A DNA stretch of 64,000 nt from Piedraia hortae CBS 480.64 (taxonomy: Eukaryota), in contig MU005983.1 in NCBI GenBank assembly GCA_010093745.1, positions 124,001 to 188,000 of the forward strand, given 5' to 3'. Shown one piece after another: positions 47,915 to 59,800 of the stretch. The notes beneath the pieces were generated by a model, which worked only from the letters and a program-made list of their open reading frames with translations, had not been told where the DNA came from and searched no databases. A program made the translations under genes and the position numbers. The number at the start of each line of letters is the position of its first letter. Positions within the stretch are counted from its first letter, which is position 1.

Positions 47915-49496
47915 ATGGCCAGCTCAATTGGATCGCATGACCGCAAGCTGGTGCCCTCGACCGGCGCTGCCCCTGTGCCAACCGGATGGATGTATCGCGC
48001 CTCTCGCATTGGGCCGCTCATGCTGCCGTGGTTTGCGAGCCCCGAGTCGCAGTTATTGATGGTCGCTTTTGTCTGCTTCCTCTGTCCCGGCATGTTCAAT
48101 GCCCTCAATGGCCTCGGTGGCGGTGGCCAGCTTGATGCCCATGCTTCCAATGCCTCCAACACGGCTCTCTATGCGACCTTTGCTGTCGTCGGTTTCTTTG
48201 CCGGCACCGTGACAAACACTATCGGAATTCGTGCCTCACTCGCCTTTGGGGGAATTGGCTACTCGGTCTACACTGCTAGCTATCTCTGCTACAACCATAC
48301 TCGCAACTTTGGCTTCATTGTGTTTGCTGGCTTCTTGCTGGGATGCTGCGCCGGCATTCTCTGGGCTGCTCAAGGTGCCATCATGATGTCGTATCCGCAC
48401 GAAGCGGACAAGGGCCGTTATATCTCCTGGTTTTGGATAATATTCAATCTGGGCGGTGTCATCGGCAGTCTCGTCCCCCTGGGCCAGAACATCCACGTCA
48501 CCACGGATCAGACTGTCAGCGATGGAACCTACGTCGGCTTCATTGTGCTCACTTTCCTGGGTGCCATCCTTGCTCTGATGCTGGTCGACGCTAAACACGT
48601 TGTTCGCCGTGACGGCTCTCGTGTCATCCTTATGAAGCATCCGACGTGGAAGACCGAGTTGCTTGGCTTGTGGCAGACACTGGTCAGCGATCCGTATATT
48701 GTGTGCCTCTGGCCCATGTTCTTCGCCTCCAACTGGTTCTACACGTATCAGTTCAACGATGTCAATCTCGCGAGCTTCAACACTCGTACTCGCGCCCTGA
48801 ACAATACGCTGTACTGGACTGCGCAGATTGTTGGGGCTACCGTGTTTGGCTATGCTCTCGACTATTCTCGTCTTCGTCGCACAACGCGTGCCCAGCTAGC
48901 CTGGGTCGCTCTGCTCTTGTTGACCATAGGTGTTTGGGGCGGTGGATACGCTTACCAGCTTCATTACTCTCGCTCTTCAATCAAAGACAAAATTGGCATG
49001 GACTGGACCAGCTCAGGCTACGGTGGCCCTCTGGTTTTGTTCATCTCGTACGGATTCTACGATGCCGCTTGGCAGACGTGCGTCTATTGGTGAGTCTTTT
49101 GGGGGAAGAAAGGGTGTCTATAAGGCCTTGACTGACAACATCAGGTTTATGGGAGCCATTAGCAACAATTCCCGCAAGCTTGCCAATTTTGCTGGCTTCT
49201 ATAAGGGTATTCAGTCGGCTGGTGCTGCCATCATTTGGCGCCTGGATGGGCTAGATTCGCCGCCTCCTTACATGAACATATTCGCCTCGTGCTGGGCTTT
49301 GCTGGCGGGCAGCCTTATCGTAGCAGCTCCTGTAATGCTACTCAAGATCAAGGACACGGTGCCCGTGGAGGACGATATCAAGTTCACAGATGAGCGTGTC
49401 GAGGATGTCGTTCCTAATGAGGCTCACAACTCTGAGGAGTACCCCATGGACTCTCGTCCGACGTCGGAACAGCATAGGATGGGAGAAAAGGTTTAG
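47915..49496 (+). CDS. UNC-93-like (DUF895) MFS membrane protein; intron 49090-49144
   Basis: VCFLCPGMFNALNGLGGGG, LWAAQGAIMMSYP, SNWFYTYQFN and GFYKGIQSAG. Confidence 0.92.
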
Positions 49497-50275
49497 GTGG
49501 CGCTTTGTCTTTTGCATCAGCCTCGGCGTGGGTACTGTACCATAGTTGGGACGCTAATAAAACGTCTGTCAAAAGTTTCCTCCTGGTGCCTGCTATAACT
49601 GGCAGGGATGGTCTGTTCTTGTGTTGAAACGATCTTTGTACCCAACGCCATATCCGTTTCGGAACCCCTTGGATGGCCAATTTGGATACAACTGACGCCC
49701 TCGTGTAATCACGGCGTGGAAACACAAAGACATTGCCTCCGTACGCTTTTGGTAACATGGTGACATAATGTGCTACAGTCGAACATCTGGCAAAGGATAT
49801 ATGGTTAATGCACAATCTTGGACGGTGTTCGTCTAGCTTTGTATTGAATTGCACAATACCGGCCTTTTTTTTTCAAGCCGCAAGTTCCCTAGTCCAAATT
49901 CCCATGAGAGATCCAAGGCTCATGCCGGCAAATTCAGGTTATTGCCGTGTCGCTTATCGCGCAATGGCAGTTTGAGCCCCTTAATGATGGACATCTGACG
50001 CAACGAACGATTGGCCATTGCAGAGGCTTTCGACAATCTACATACAGTATAAGTCTAACCTTGTCGTCGACGGCGTAAGGCTATTGATCACGATCACTTA
50101 TTCGGCCTGGTTCATGTCCTCCACTCAGTGCTCCTTGCATGGCGCAGCAGATGGTTTAAAACCAGTCATCCTGGTCCTCGTCTAGTGCCAAAGACCCTGT
50201 GGAGTTGACAGAAAACCGGCCCGAACCTAAACCCCACATTTTCCCGACCGTCAAGGGCACCACCAACCTTCAAAT

Positions 50276-51616
50276 ATGTTCCGATCAATAGAGTCATACG
50301 CCGAAGAAGTAAAAAGACTTCTGTCAATACCATCACTAGCCTCACTCGCTTCCATTTCCCAAGCCCTCTTAGCAGAATGTCATTCTCGCCTCCAAGCTTC
50401 AAACAACTCGATGCTCCCCTCAACAACTCACATACTTCCTACTGGCCAGGAACGCGGTGAGATATTAGCCCTAGACGTTGGTGGCTCTACACTACGCCTC
50501 GCCCGGGTTCATCTCACCCCAGAAGGTGGGGCGGCGATGCGATCCTCCGTGGCGAGCAACGTCATGGACTCCACGATCCGCTCCCTCAAAGGCAAAAGTT
50601 TCTTTGACTGGCTTGCCCAGAGGGTTCACGCCTTTTGCCAGCACGAAACGACAACCACCCCCCTAATAATCAACATTGGCGTAGCATGGGCTTTCCCACT
50701 CACGCAAACTTCATCTGGCGAGAACTTGCTACTTCCAATGGGCAAGTCCTTCTCCGCCTCTGAAGGCCTGGAAGGGCAGAATCTCGCTACCCTTATCGAG
50801 TCAGCCTGCGCAGAAGTTGGTTTGGATGTGAAGGTTACTGGCGTGGTTAACGATTCGCAAGCGGCTTTGCTTTCGTATGCTTACAGCGATCCTACGACTA
50901 GAATATCGCTCATCCTCGGCACAGGGTGTAATGCTGCCGTATATCTGGACGATGGACTAATGGGGCCTGGAAAGGCTCCGTGTAGGCCAAAGGCTTCGCA
51001 TTCTGTGGTCAATACCGAATTGGGAATGCTGGGCCAGAGCTACACTCTGCCGACGACGAGGTGGGATGAACATCTGAATCGAGTGCATCCACGCCCGGAT
51101 TTTCAGCCGCTGGAGTATAGGGTCAGTGGGCTTTATCTTGGGGAGGTCGTAAGGTTGGTGTTGAGCGAGGGCATTGCTTCTGGTGTTCTTTTTGGTGGAA
51201 ATGCTGTCATGTCTCTGGAAACGCCGTATAATCTGGATGCCGGTCTATTGTCAATATTCATCGAGGATCAAAAGAGTGCTAGGAGCTTGTTCTTGGAAAA
51301 GCATCCGGTGGGCAGTCACGAAGACGCCGATTGGGAGTTTGTGCGCCTGGTTATTAATCTAGTTTGGATGCGTGCACAGGCATTGGTGGCAGCTGCATTG
51401 TTTGCCTTGGCTAATCTGATAGATGATGGTAAGAAATATGAGAAGCTCACCATTGCTTGTCATGGAACAGTTATTGAAAGAGCACCAGGGTTTCGAGAAG
51501 GGGTGCAATGTTGCCTAGACAGCCTTTGTGGACGGTCTGAAAGACTGAAACTAGAGCTTGCACCCGAAAGTTCGATATTCGGTGCAGCTGTTGCGGCTGT
51601 TGTTGAGACTGGGTAA
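50276..51616 (+). CDS. Hexokinase-family protein (atypical fungal type)
   Basis: LPTGQERG, LALDVGGSTLR, WAFPL, MGKSF, VND, ILGTGCNAA, NTE, FQPLE and YLGE. Confidence 0.88.
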   Translation: MFRSIESYAEEVKRLLSIPSLASLASISQALLAECHSRLQASNNSMLPSTTHILPTGQERGEILALDVGGSTLRLARVHLTPEGGAAMRSSVASNVMDSTIRSLKGKSFFDWLAQRVHAFCQHETTTTPLIINIGVAWAFPLTQTSSGENLLLPMGKSFSASEGLEGQNLATLIESACAEVGLDVKVTGVVNDSQAALLSYAYSDPTTRISLILGTGCNAAVYLDDGLMGPGKAPCRPKASHSVVNTELGMLGQSYTLPTTRWDEHLNRVHPRPDFQPLEYRVSGLYLGEVVRLVLSEGIASGVLFGGNAVMSLETPYNLDAGLLSIFIEDQKSARSLFLEKHPVGSHEDADWEFVRLVINLVWMRAQALVAAALFALANLIDDGKKYEKLTIACHGTVIERAPGFREGVQCCLDSLCGRSERLKLELAPESSIFGAAVAAVVETG

Positions 51617-51817
51617 GGGAGAATATTTCTCTTGGGGATGGCCATCATACAGCCCTACAATTTTTATATAACGATGCAATCGAGTCAAGAGAAGCGAGGA
51701 TGGGATGGAGCGTGACATGCTGATTGTCATCTCAATGCAGGATCGTTGAGTGACTTCCATGACGTCATGTGCCGTGTCCCACCCGAGGTTGATCGCGTTG
51801 CCGCATCTCACCACGCA

Positions 51818-53911
51818 ATGCGCGCCGGGCTTTTCCTAGGCAGATGTTGGAGATGTAGCAGCCGGATCGCCAGACCACACATCCAGTTCAGGTCCAGACG
51901 GCCTTTTGTGGCTCTCCGGCAACTCCGAGGCGCGTTCCGTCCTCCCCCTCCCCCTTTGCGCCATGGCTCAGATCTGCTGGCCGCCGCCCTGAGTCCGGCT
52001 GTTTTTGTGTCGATCGCTGACAAGGAAAATCCGGATGAGAATGGCAAGACTCAAGAGGCGCAAATGCTTGAGATGTCGCGCAAAGAAATCGATGAAGGCG
52101 TGCCTCGTGCATTGGAACACTCGACCAAGTGGAGACGAATGATATGGAGGTGGGTAGATGGGTGGATCATTGAGCCCATTGCCACGGGCCTAAGGTTCTT
52201 GCATCTCGTTCTTATTTTCGCCCCGGTCGTTTTTACTGTGCCAGTGATATGGATCGGCGTCAGACAAGTTGACCAGAACAACGAACGCAGCGGTACGCTT
52301 TGGTGGTATGGACTTTTAGTGAACTCCATGGAGAGAGCAGGTGCAGCTTTCATCAAACTCGGCCAGTGGGCTGCCAGCCGGACCGACATCTTCCCCAGCG
52401 CAATGTGCTCTATCATGTCGTCGTTGCATTCGAATGCTCCAGCGCATAGCCTCAAGGCCACCAAAGCCACAATCGAGGAGGCATTTGGACGTAAGTTTGA
52501 GGATATCTTTGAGGAATTTGTCGAAACTCCCCTCGGGGTGGGTGCAATAGCCCAGGTATACCGTGCCAAGTTAAAGCCGGATCTGGCTGCGAAAGGGGGA
52601 GATGAAGAGCCACAGTCCCTGCGTGAACGCGCGCTCAAGACGGTGGATCCGCTATTGAAAAGCACTCCCCAACGCGTACCATCATCGTATGTGGCCGTGA
52701 AAGTCCTGCACCCGTCCATTGAACGCAACGTTCGCCGCGATTTGCGCATCATGGCCTTCTTTGCAAACGTAATAAATGCCATTCCCACCATGGAATGGCT
52801 CAGCTTTCCGGACGAAGTTGAGCAATTCGGCGAGATGATGAAGCTTCAATTGGATTTGCGCATTGAAGCGGCCAATCTGACAATATTCCGCCGCAACTTT
52901 CGCAATCGGTCGACGGCTTCGTTTCCTTTCTCGTATAATCAATATACAACACGCCAGGTGCTGGTCGAAGAGTTTGCTACGGGCATTCCTCTGGAACTGA
53001 TCCTGCAGAATGGCGGCGGCGTATTTCAAAAGGAAATCGCCGACGAGGGTCTCGATGCGTTTTTGCACATGCTCCTCCTGGATAACTTCATTCACGCTGA
53101 TCTGCATCCGGGCAATATCATGGTACGTTTCTACAAAGAAGCCAAAGTGGATGTTCGGCCCAGGAAAACACAAAAACCGAACTCAGCTTCAGACGTGACC
53201 GAGGATGTTATTGCCCGCCTCCGACCACATAAACACAACAAAGCTGCATGGACGGATACCCTATCCCAACTAGACAAAGAGGGCTACATACCCCAACTGG
53301 TTTTCATCGACGCAGGCTTGGTAACGCAACTCAATGAGGTCAATCGCCGCAACTTCCTGGATCTGTTCAAGGCGATTGCCGAGTTTGACGGCTATAAAGC
53401 TGGCCATCTGATGGTCGAACGTTGTCGCCAACCAAACGCCGTGGTCGACCCAGAGGTCTTTGCTCTCAAAATGCAGCATCTCGTGCTTGGCGTCAAGAGC
53501 AGTACCTTTGCGCTATCAAACGTCAAGATTGGCGATATCCTCAACCAGGTGCTAAATATGGTGCGGGCACATCATGTGCGTCTAGAAGGTGATTTCGTGA
53601 ACGTTGTGCTGTCCATTCTCTTGCTGGAGGGCATCGGCCGCACTCTTGATCCCGATCTGGATCTCTTCTCTGGGTATGTTGTCCTTTTCGCTTTCGAACA
53701 TGGGTTCATCGGTGGTTAATATGCTTTTGCACGTAGGGCTCTTCCCATTCTCAGACAGCTTGGAGCGCAGAGCGGTGGCTCGATGCTCCGCTCTGGTGAT
53801 CTTTCCATGGCCAAAGTCTGGGTTGGACTTGAAGCCAGGCGCTTCCTCCAGGCCAGCGTTGAAAGTGTTGAGGCTAATGTGAAGTATGATCGGCTGTCTC
53901 CTAATATTTGA
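51818..53911 (+). CDS. ABC1/UbiB atypical kinase (ADCK2/Cqd1-like); intron 53674-53736
   Basis: FIKLGQWAASRTD, GAIAQVY, VAVKVLHP, HADLHPGN and DAG. Confidence 0.93.
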
Positions 53912-54749
53912 TTGTGCGTGTTTACGCAGCCTTTTACGTTTTCTAGCACACCTCATAAATTTATAGCAGATCTCCAAATCTTGAAAGCGGCTGGACAGTG
54001 TATGGTAGTCTTGACCACAGCAGGTAAAATACAAACTTTCCCGCTACAACGATGAGGAAAGGAGGGACTGCCTCCGCAAGTGGCTACTCACTACGCCGAA
54101 GAGCCCAGCGGAAAGCTGAACGACCAAACATTGGCAGCACGATGACGATTAATAGGTTTTGATCCAAGCCCACAGCCCACGTCACAGATGGCACTTCCTT
54201 CATGAGCAAATAGTCCGTCTCGAGGATCTGCCGCATTTTCACGTACTGCGACGAATGGTACTGGAGAAATATCATGGAAGTGCACCCTCTCAAACCTCCA
54301 GGTTTTGCAGGGGATAGAAAATTGAGTTCTCTTCTGGCTCGCTATTAAATTCTTTGATCACCAAACAAGCTCATAGTACGTCTTTTTAAATGCTCATTGA
54401 CTTTCTGGGATCAACGATAGGAGAATGTACATTATCACCTTCATCTTCAACATCAGTGTCGTCGCTTACGTCTTCACGAGTTTTCTCCAGCAAACCCTCG
54501 TCCACGACTTCTTCTTCCTGAACCCCCTTCGGAGTCAACATTTCCAGTAGTCTGATGTACTTGTTCCCGTGCATGGTACCTCGATAGAGGCTCTTCGATG
54601 GAATTTTGGAGACTGGCTTGTTCAGCGTCGTTGCCTTTAATAGTGTTGTCTTGTTCATGGCACACCGGGCAACAGCACGATATCAATCCCCAGCCTTTAC
54701 ATTGCACTTCTTGTTCTACCATTTCTCAGTGCTTCCTTTACACTCTCAT

Positions 54750-55200
54750 ATAATTCTAGTCGTGACATGCGATGCTACTCTAGATCGACTAACCCTGCAC
54801 TGCACACAACGACGCAGTTCCACGGGGTTGACCTTCTGCTCGGGGGCTGTAGACTCGGAGACGTTGTATTTCGTCTCACATCTTGGCACCAAACGCAAGA
54901 GTGCTCTAGTGGCATTTTCTCTTGTTGTCACGTCTGAAATACCCGCACTGGACGCAAAACCTGGCGGGTGTCTTTGTCTTTCGGGTTTCGACGTGGCGGA
55001 AGGATCTTGTCACATTCAACGAGGATCCAGCAGCCATAATGGCGCCAGTGCCAGTTTACCTTCGCGTGTAGACGTGCAGCACGTGATACTTCTTGAATAC
55101 CTTTTGCTTTGTCATTTGTAGCATTACCGTGACATGGAGTTGCATGTCCGGGGGGCTGGAGTTGGGTATTGACCTTGGGGTTGATTAGCGCATTGATCAT
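54750..55200 (-). mobile_element. Possible MULE transposase C-terminal remnant
   Basis: Broken frames PCHG...HWR...ILPP and RRCVQC resemble the SWIM and Zn-knuckle tail of fungal MULEs. Weak. Confidence 0.35.
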
Positions 55201-55499
55201 GACATCCCAATCATGAGACTAACACTATTGTGGCCTCGTCGAATTCGTAGAGGTGTGGCTATCCCAGCAAATCAACGGTCAGCATCAATGACATTTGGTA
55301 TGCTTTGACATGACGTCGGAGTCTCTTCTGCAGTTGACCTTGATAGGTTTGTGACCTGGGCGCACGGGCCACAGTACGGGCTGTCTCTCCCTTAGCCTCC
55401 TGGAGCGTTTCACAAGAGGTATTGAGAACTTCACATCTCCCCCCGAGCGGGATGTGATGACGCCCACCGACTTTTTCTTCTCCGGCGTTTTGATTCTGC

Positions 55500-56008
55500 G
55501 CCCTTCTCCACTTTGTTCGGGCAGAAATTGCATTGCTCATACTGGTCCTGCTAATGAGCCGGGTCACACTAGCTGTTGACACATCGCCGTTTCCCAAGCC
55601 AATATCCGCCAAAACTGATGTTCTGACAGTAGCATAGACCCGTCAAGTGAGAGTGTAGTGCTAAGAGCACTTCCGACGTGGTCTTTGGGAAACTTTAGAC
55701 TTTTAGACTCCGGTTGTATGAACGTCGTCGGACCCCCCTTTTCCGGACAGGATAAGCTTCTGTACTTCTCCATTGTCGTACCCTACGTATACCACTCTCT
55801 CTTTCGGATCTAACGATTGCGATACAGTGATTAAAGGGAGGATATATGCTTGTACAAGCGCGCCGAACGGGTAATTCCAAACCATGCACGTCTTGTCCTT
55901 TGACAGACTAACAGCAAGAAATTCCGCTCCAGGACAATGGCCCACATCAAGCGTTACTAACTGTCCGAAAACTCTTCGCTTTTGTGCTTGCTCGTGAGGA
56001 TTGGACAT
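55500..56008 (-). pseudogene. Degenerate WD40 fragment resembling pre-rRNA processing protein Ipi3
   Basis: AVSLSKDKTCMVWNY..G.L...YILP....SLDPKER..YVGYDNG; then, via frameshifts, GSALSTTLSLDGS.LLS.H, I.AWE and GPV*AMQFLP. Confidence 0.65.
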
Positions 56009-57242
56009 GTGGGATGAGATGGGGGGAGGCGACCAGGGTTCTGAACTCCTTCGGAGGATCGGCTTGACTACACGCGGGCTAGACAGAGTCTGACATGCAC
56101 TTGCGTTCCATAGACGTCACATCTCTGTCGGGCTTCATGTTTTAATGGTCATATTGTTGTGATTGTATTAGAATGTCCAAGGACAGCAAAGAAATTTGGG
56201 AAATGCAAAATAGTGGGAGCGAACCCCGCCGAAAAGTGGGGCAGTCTTGGCACAGTGGGATACCCCGCCCTTCCCCTATACAGTGGGCGTCATTCACCAT
56301 CGTTACGTCAGGGGAGACATGAGTACCCTGCTCCGACAACAAACCTCCTACAATTTCCATACACTGGGTTTGCCCATGGATGATGAGGTGCAGGCCCATT
56401 CCCAGGCGGAGCTGCTCCAGTTCAGCATAGCCAGTAAGACGTCAACCGCATTGTTCATTCGCGCATTTTCTTGTGATGAACGGCCCGAAATGTTCTAATA
56501 AGCAGCGGCACCTCACAGGTGTGTCAGTATATACGCGCATCTAGAGCTACACAAGAAAATATCTGAGTACTCGAACCCTGGTCAAGGATGTGGGTCATCA
56601 CGTGCGGATCGCTCCGTGGCGACCTGCACAACACTCAACGAATTCACCATTGTGACGCAAATGATGCAAGCATTCTCCATTCTCCGTATCCCTTGAGAAA
56701 CTGAATCCCCAGGACCTTGTCTAAAAGGGAATTTGTGGGCGGCAAGACTCGCTGCCGAATAGTTCTATGACAATCTTGGACGATGGCAGTAATAGACATC
56801 GCAGTAAAGGTATAGCTGATGGTGTTGTCTTACTGTACAACGTGGCTTGCTATCATGTCAGGGAGTTGTTAGCCTGCACAGGTCCGATCCACTTGGTATG
56901 TCAGTTCAATAGGCAGGACCTCGATGCAGAGCTCTGAGGCCATGCCTATGATGAGAGAGATGTCCTGCGTTCACGACCACGCTCAGAACAATAAGGTGCA
57001 AAGCATTGTGAGACTGGCAAATCTCCCGATGCAGTAAAAATGTCCAAGGCAAGTCCTGTATCGACGGAGGCTGTAAGCTGATTTCTACAGTAAAAGGTTG
57101 CTGGGAAGGAGAAAGGCTAGGTTCTTGTTTTTTCATTCTTATTCTACATCCAGTTTCGTTTGGTCCCGGGGGAAAGTAATTCCTCTTTACATCTTCGGAA
57201 GCAAGTCCATGGCAGCGGATCCAGCATATAACGAGGTGTTAA

Positions 57243-57851
57243 TCAACAACAAGCAACACACTTCCTACCATCTTCCAAGAAGCCGTCGTAGCTCCCGAGC
57301 GCGGGGCCTTGGTATCCCTTGGATCCCGACTTCAAGGTACACGTGGAATTGGCGAAACACGCACCATTCTGACATGGTGTACTTTTACACAACCAGTCAC
57401 CCTGTGGCAGGGTGCTCGCGAGCAGGTTCACCGTACCATTGTAATGCTTCTGCCCTCCGTTGGGAGCGACATAGTCCTGCCAGATGGCTACGGTGAGGTT
57501 ACTCTCGGCATCATTGCCAGAGACGTAAGCGTAAAAAGAGTTGTGCGCGTCGGTATTTTTGCATGGAGAATAGCACCACTGTGGCCCTTTGACACTGACC
57601 CACGGGATGCTGCAGTATGCGCTGGAACCGGCTACAGGCACAGATGCTGACCCGTATTCGGAAGGAGATGACACCGTTTCATGGGTGACGGTAAAGTTGA
57701 GGGTGTAGCCGAAGTTGAAGAGAGTCAAGGTGAGGGGAGAGGTCAGGTGGAAGACCTCCTGTGTTGCAGTTGCATCGCTCTTGGGAAGGCCAAGGGAGGG
57801 GGCGACGATGGAGCCCAGCAGAGAGAGTATAAGGGTGGACCTGAACTTCAT
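57243..57851 (-). CDS. Small secreted Cys-rich protein (202 aa, 10 Cys)
   Basis: Signal peptide MKFRSTLILSLLGSIVAPSLG and an uninterrupted ORF. Confidence 0.75.
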   Translation of the reverse strand: MKFRSTLILSLLGSIVAPSLGLPKSDATATQEVFHLTSPLTLTLFNFGYTLNFTVTHETVSSPSEYGSASVPVAGSSAYCSIPWVSVKGPQWCYSPCKNTDAHNSFYAYVSGNDAESNLTVAIWQDYVAPNGGQKHYNGTVNLLASTLPQGDWLCKSTPCQNGACFANSTCTLKSGSKGYQGPALGSYDGFLEDGRKCVACC

Positions 57852-58340
57852 CTTTAGAAGTCAACGATTTCATGCAGAGGATGCGAGCTTTTATGGCAGC
57901 ATCATTGCTTGGCATTGCTATTCTGGGCAGAAACCGTTGGGGGAATACGAGATCTCGAATTCTCTAGCTCCCGGAAAAGAACTGGAAAGCGTTGAGTGGT
58001 AGTTCAGAGGGTTCCGTTTGACGGCTGGTTGTATAATGCTAGGGCCATGAAGAGGAGTGGCAGGCGGGAAATGCATCTTCGAGATGCCTCGCATGGCTGA
58101 AAAGTTACGATAGAATCAATCTTTTCAGGGACGAACAGGGTTCGCCACGCAGATGTTTCTTTTGCCCAATTGTTTTCGTGAGTGCAAGATCGAGAGTTCG
58201 TAGTCTGCAGCAAATGACGCCAAGGCAGGCGGAAATATTCCGCATTTGATGATCACATCCTGAGTACCTGCGTTAGCGTCTCTCCCCCCTCCACCAATGA
58301 GAACTGCGAAACCCGACCTCACTTTCAACAACATCGGCCA

Positions 58341-59768
58341 ATGCGGGTCCAATCTCTCCTCCATCGCCTCTCCACTAAAACTGGTATACCCCGAAACGAT
58401 CCATATAACGCATTGATCAAAGAAAATACCTTTTCCCCGAGGAACGCACCCCTACCCTCGCTCCCTCTGTCTGGAAAAACAATTTCCATAAAAGACAACA
58501 TATTCACCCTCTCCCCACCAGTCACCACTTGCGCCTCAGCCGTTCTAAAAAACTACCAACCCCCTTACGAGGCAACATGTGTGTCTCTCCTTCGTGCTGC
58601 TGGCGCCGTTATATCAGCCAAGACGAATATGGATGAGTTTGGGATGGGGTCACATTCGCAGAACAGTTTCTTTGGCGGAGTTGAGAATCCTTGCACTGAA
58701 AGTGATTGGCACAGTACGAATGCTTCAAAGCATGACCTTCCACAGCAGCAACCCCAGAAACCTCACCAACAACCCCGCCTATCCCCAGGTGGCTCCAGCG
58801 GCGGCAGCGCCGTCTCCGTCTCAACATCTCACTCCTGGGCAGCACTGGGCACCGATACAGGCGGTTCGGTTCGTCTCCCTGCGGCATATTGCGGCATAGT
58901 AGGGTTCAAACCGTCGTACGGACGGATATCACGGTGGGGAGTGATACCCTACGCCAACTCCCTCGACACCGTCGGCGTCCTCTCCAGAACCGTAAATCAA
59001 GCCCGACAAGTCTTCCATACCCTCGACCGAGAGGATGAGCGCGACCCAACAGCTTGGGCCACTTCCCTTCGCCAAACGGTAAAGAAGAACCACCCCCTCC
59101 CTCGCCACCTCCGCATTGGCATCCCAAAAGAATACCTCCTCCTCGAGGAACTCTGCCCAGCCATCAAAAAGTCCTACCTCTCGACCCTCCAAGCCCTCGA
59201 ATCAAGAGGCCATACTCTAGCCCTCCTCTCCCTCCCCTTGACAAAGTCCGCTCTAGCGGCATATTACATCCTCGCGCCCGCGGAAGCGAGTTCCAACCTC
59301 GCGAAATACGACGGTGTGCGGTACGGTACGAGGAGGGAGGACTATGTTGCTACGAGGGCGCTTTTTGGAGCTGAAGTCCAACGAAGGATCCTTCTGGGGA
59401 GCTATACACTCTCCTCCTCAGCAAGGGAGAATTACTTTGTTCAGGCGCAGAAGGTGAGAAGGTTGGTGCAGAGAGAATTCGATTCCGTGTTTGCTAGGGG
59501 AAATCCGCTTAGTGAAGGGGATGGGGATAAGAGAGAAGGGGTTGATGTTATCTTGACGCCTACTGCACCAACTCCCGCTCCAACTTTGGATCGCGTGAAT
59601 GCTCAGGAACCAGTTGAGGCGTATCTGAATGATGTCTTCACTGTGCCCGCTAGTTTGGCGGGGCTGCCTGCCCTCAGTGTGCCTCTTGTGGACGGATCGG
59701 TGCAGATTCTGGGACAGTTTGGCGATGATGAGCTTGTTTTGAGAATGGGAGAGGAGGTTCAGGCGTGA
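58341..59768 (+). CDS. HER2: Glutamyl-tRNA(Gln) amidotransferase subunit A, mitochondrial
   Basis: Amidase signature KTNMDEFGMGS, GGSSGGSA and GTDTGGSVRLPA, plus GatA-type EASSNLAKYDGVRYG and EVQRRILLG. Confidence 0.92.
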   Translation: MRVQSLLHRLSTKTGIPRNDPYNALIKENTFSPRNAPLPSLPLSGKTISIKDNIFTLSPPVTTCASAVLKNYQPPYEATCVSLLRAAGAVISAKTNMDEFGMGSHSQNSFFGGVENPCTESDWHSTNASKHDLPQQQPQKPHQQPRLSPGGSSGGSAVSVSTSHSWAALGTDTGGSVRLPAAYCGIVGFKPSYGRISRWGVIPYANSLDTVGVLSRTVNQARQVFHTLDREDERDPTAWATSLRQTVKKNHPLPRHLRIGIPKEYLLLEELCPAIKKSYLSTLQALESRGHTLALLSLPLTKSALAAYYILAPAEASSNLAKYDGVRYGTRREDYVATRALFGAEVQRRILLGSYTLSSSARENYFVQAQKVRRLVQREFDSVFARGNPLSEGDGDKREGVDVILTPTAPTPAPTLDRVNAQEPVEAYLNDVFTVPASLAGLPALSVPLVDGSVQILGQFGDDELVLRMGEEVQA

Positions 59769-59800
59769 GAGACGGGTGGGTAAATTGGTGATCTAGCTGG

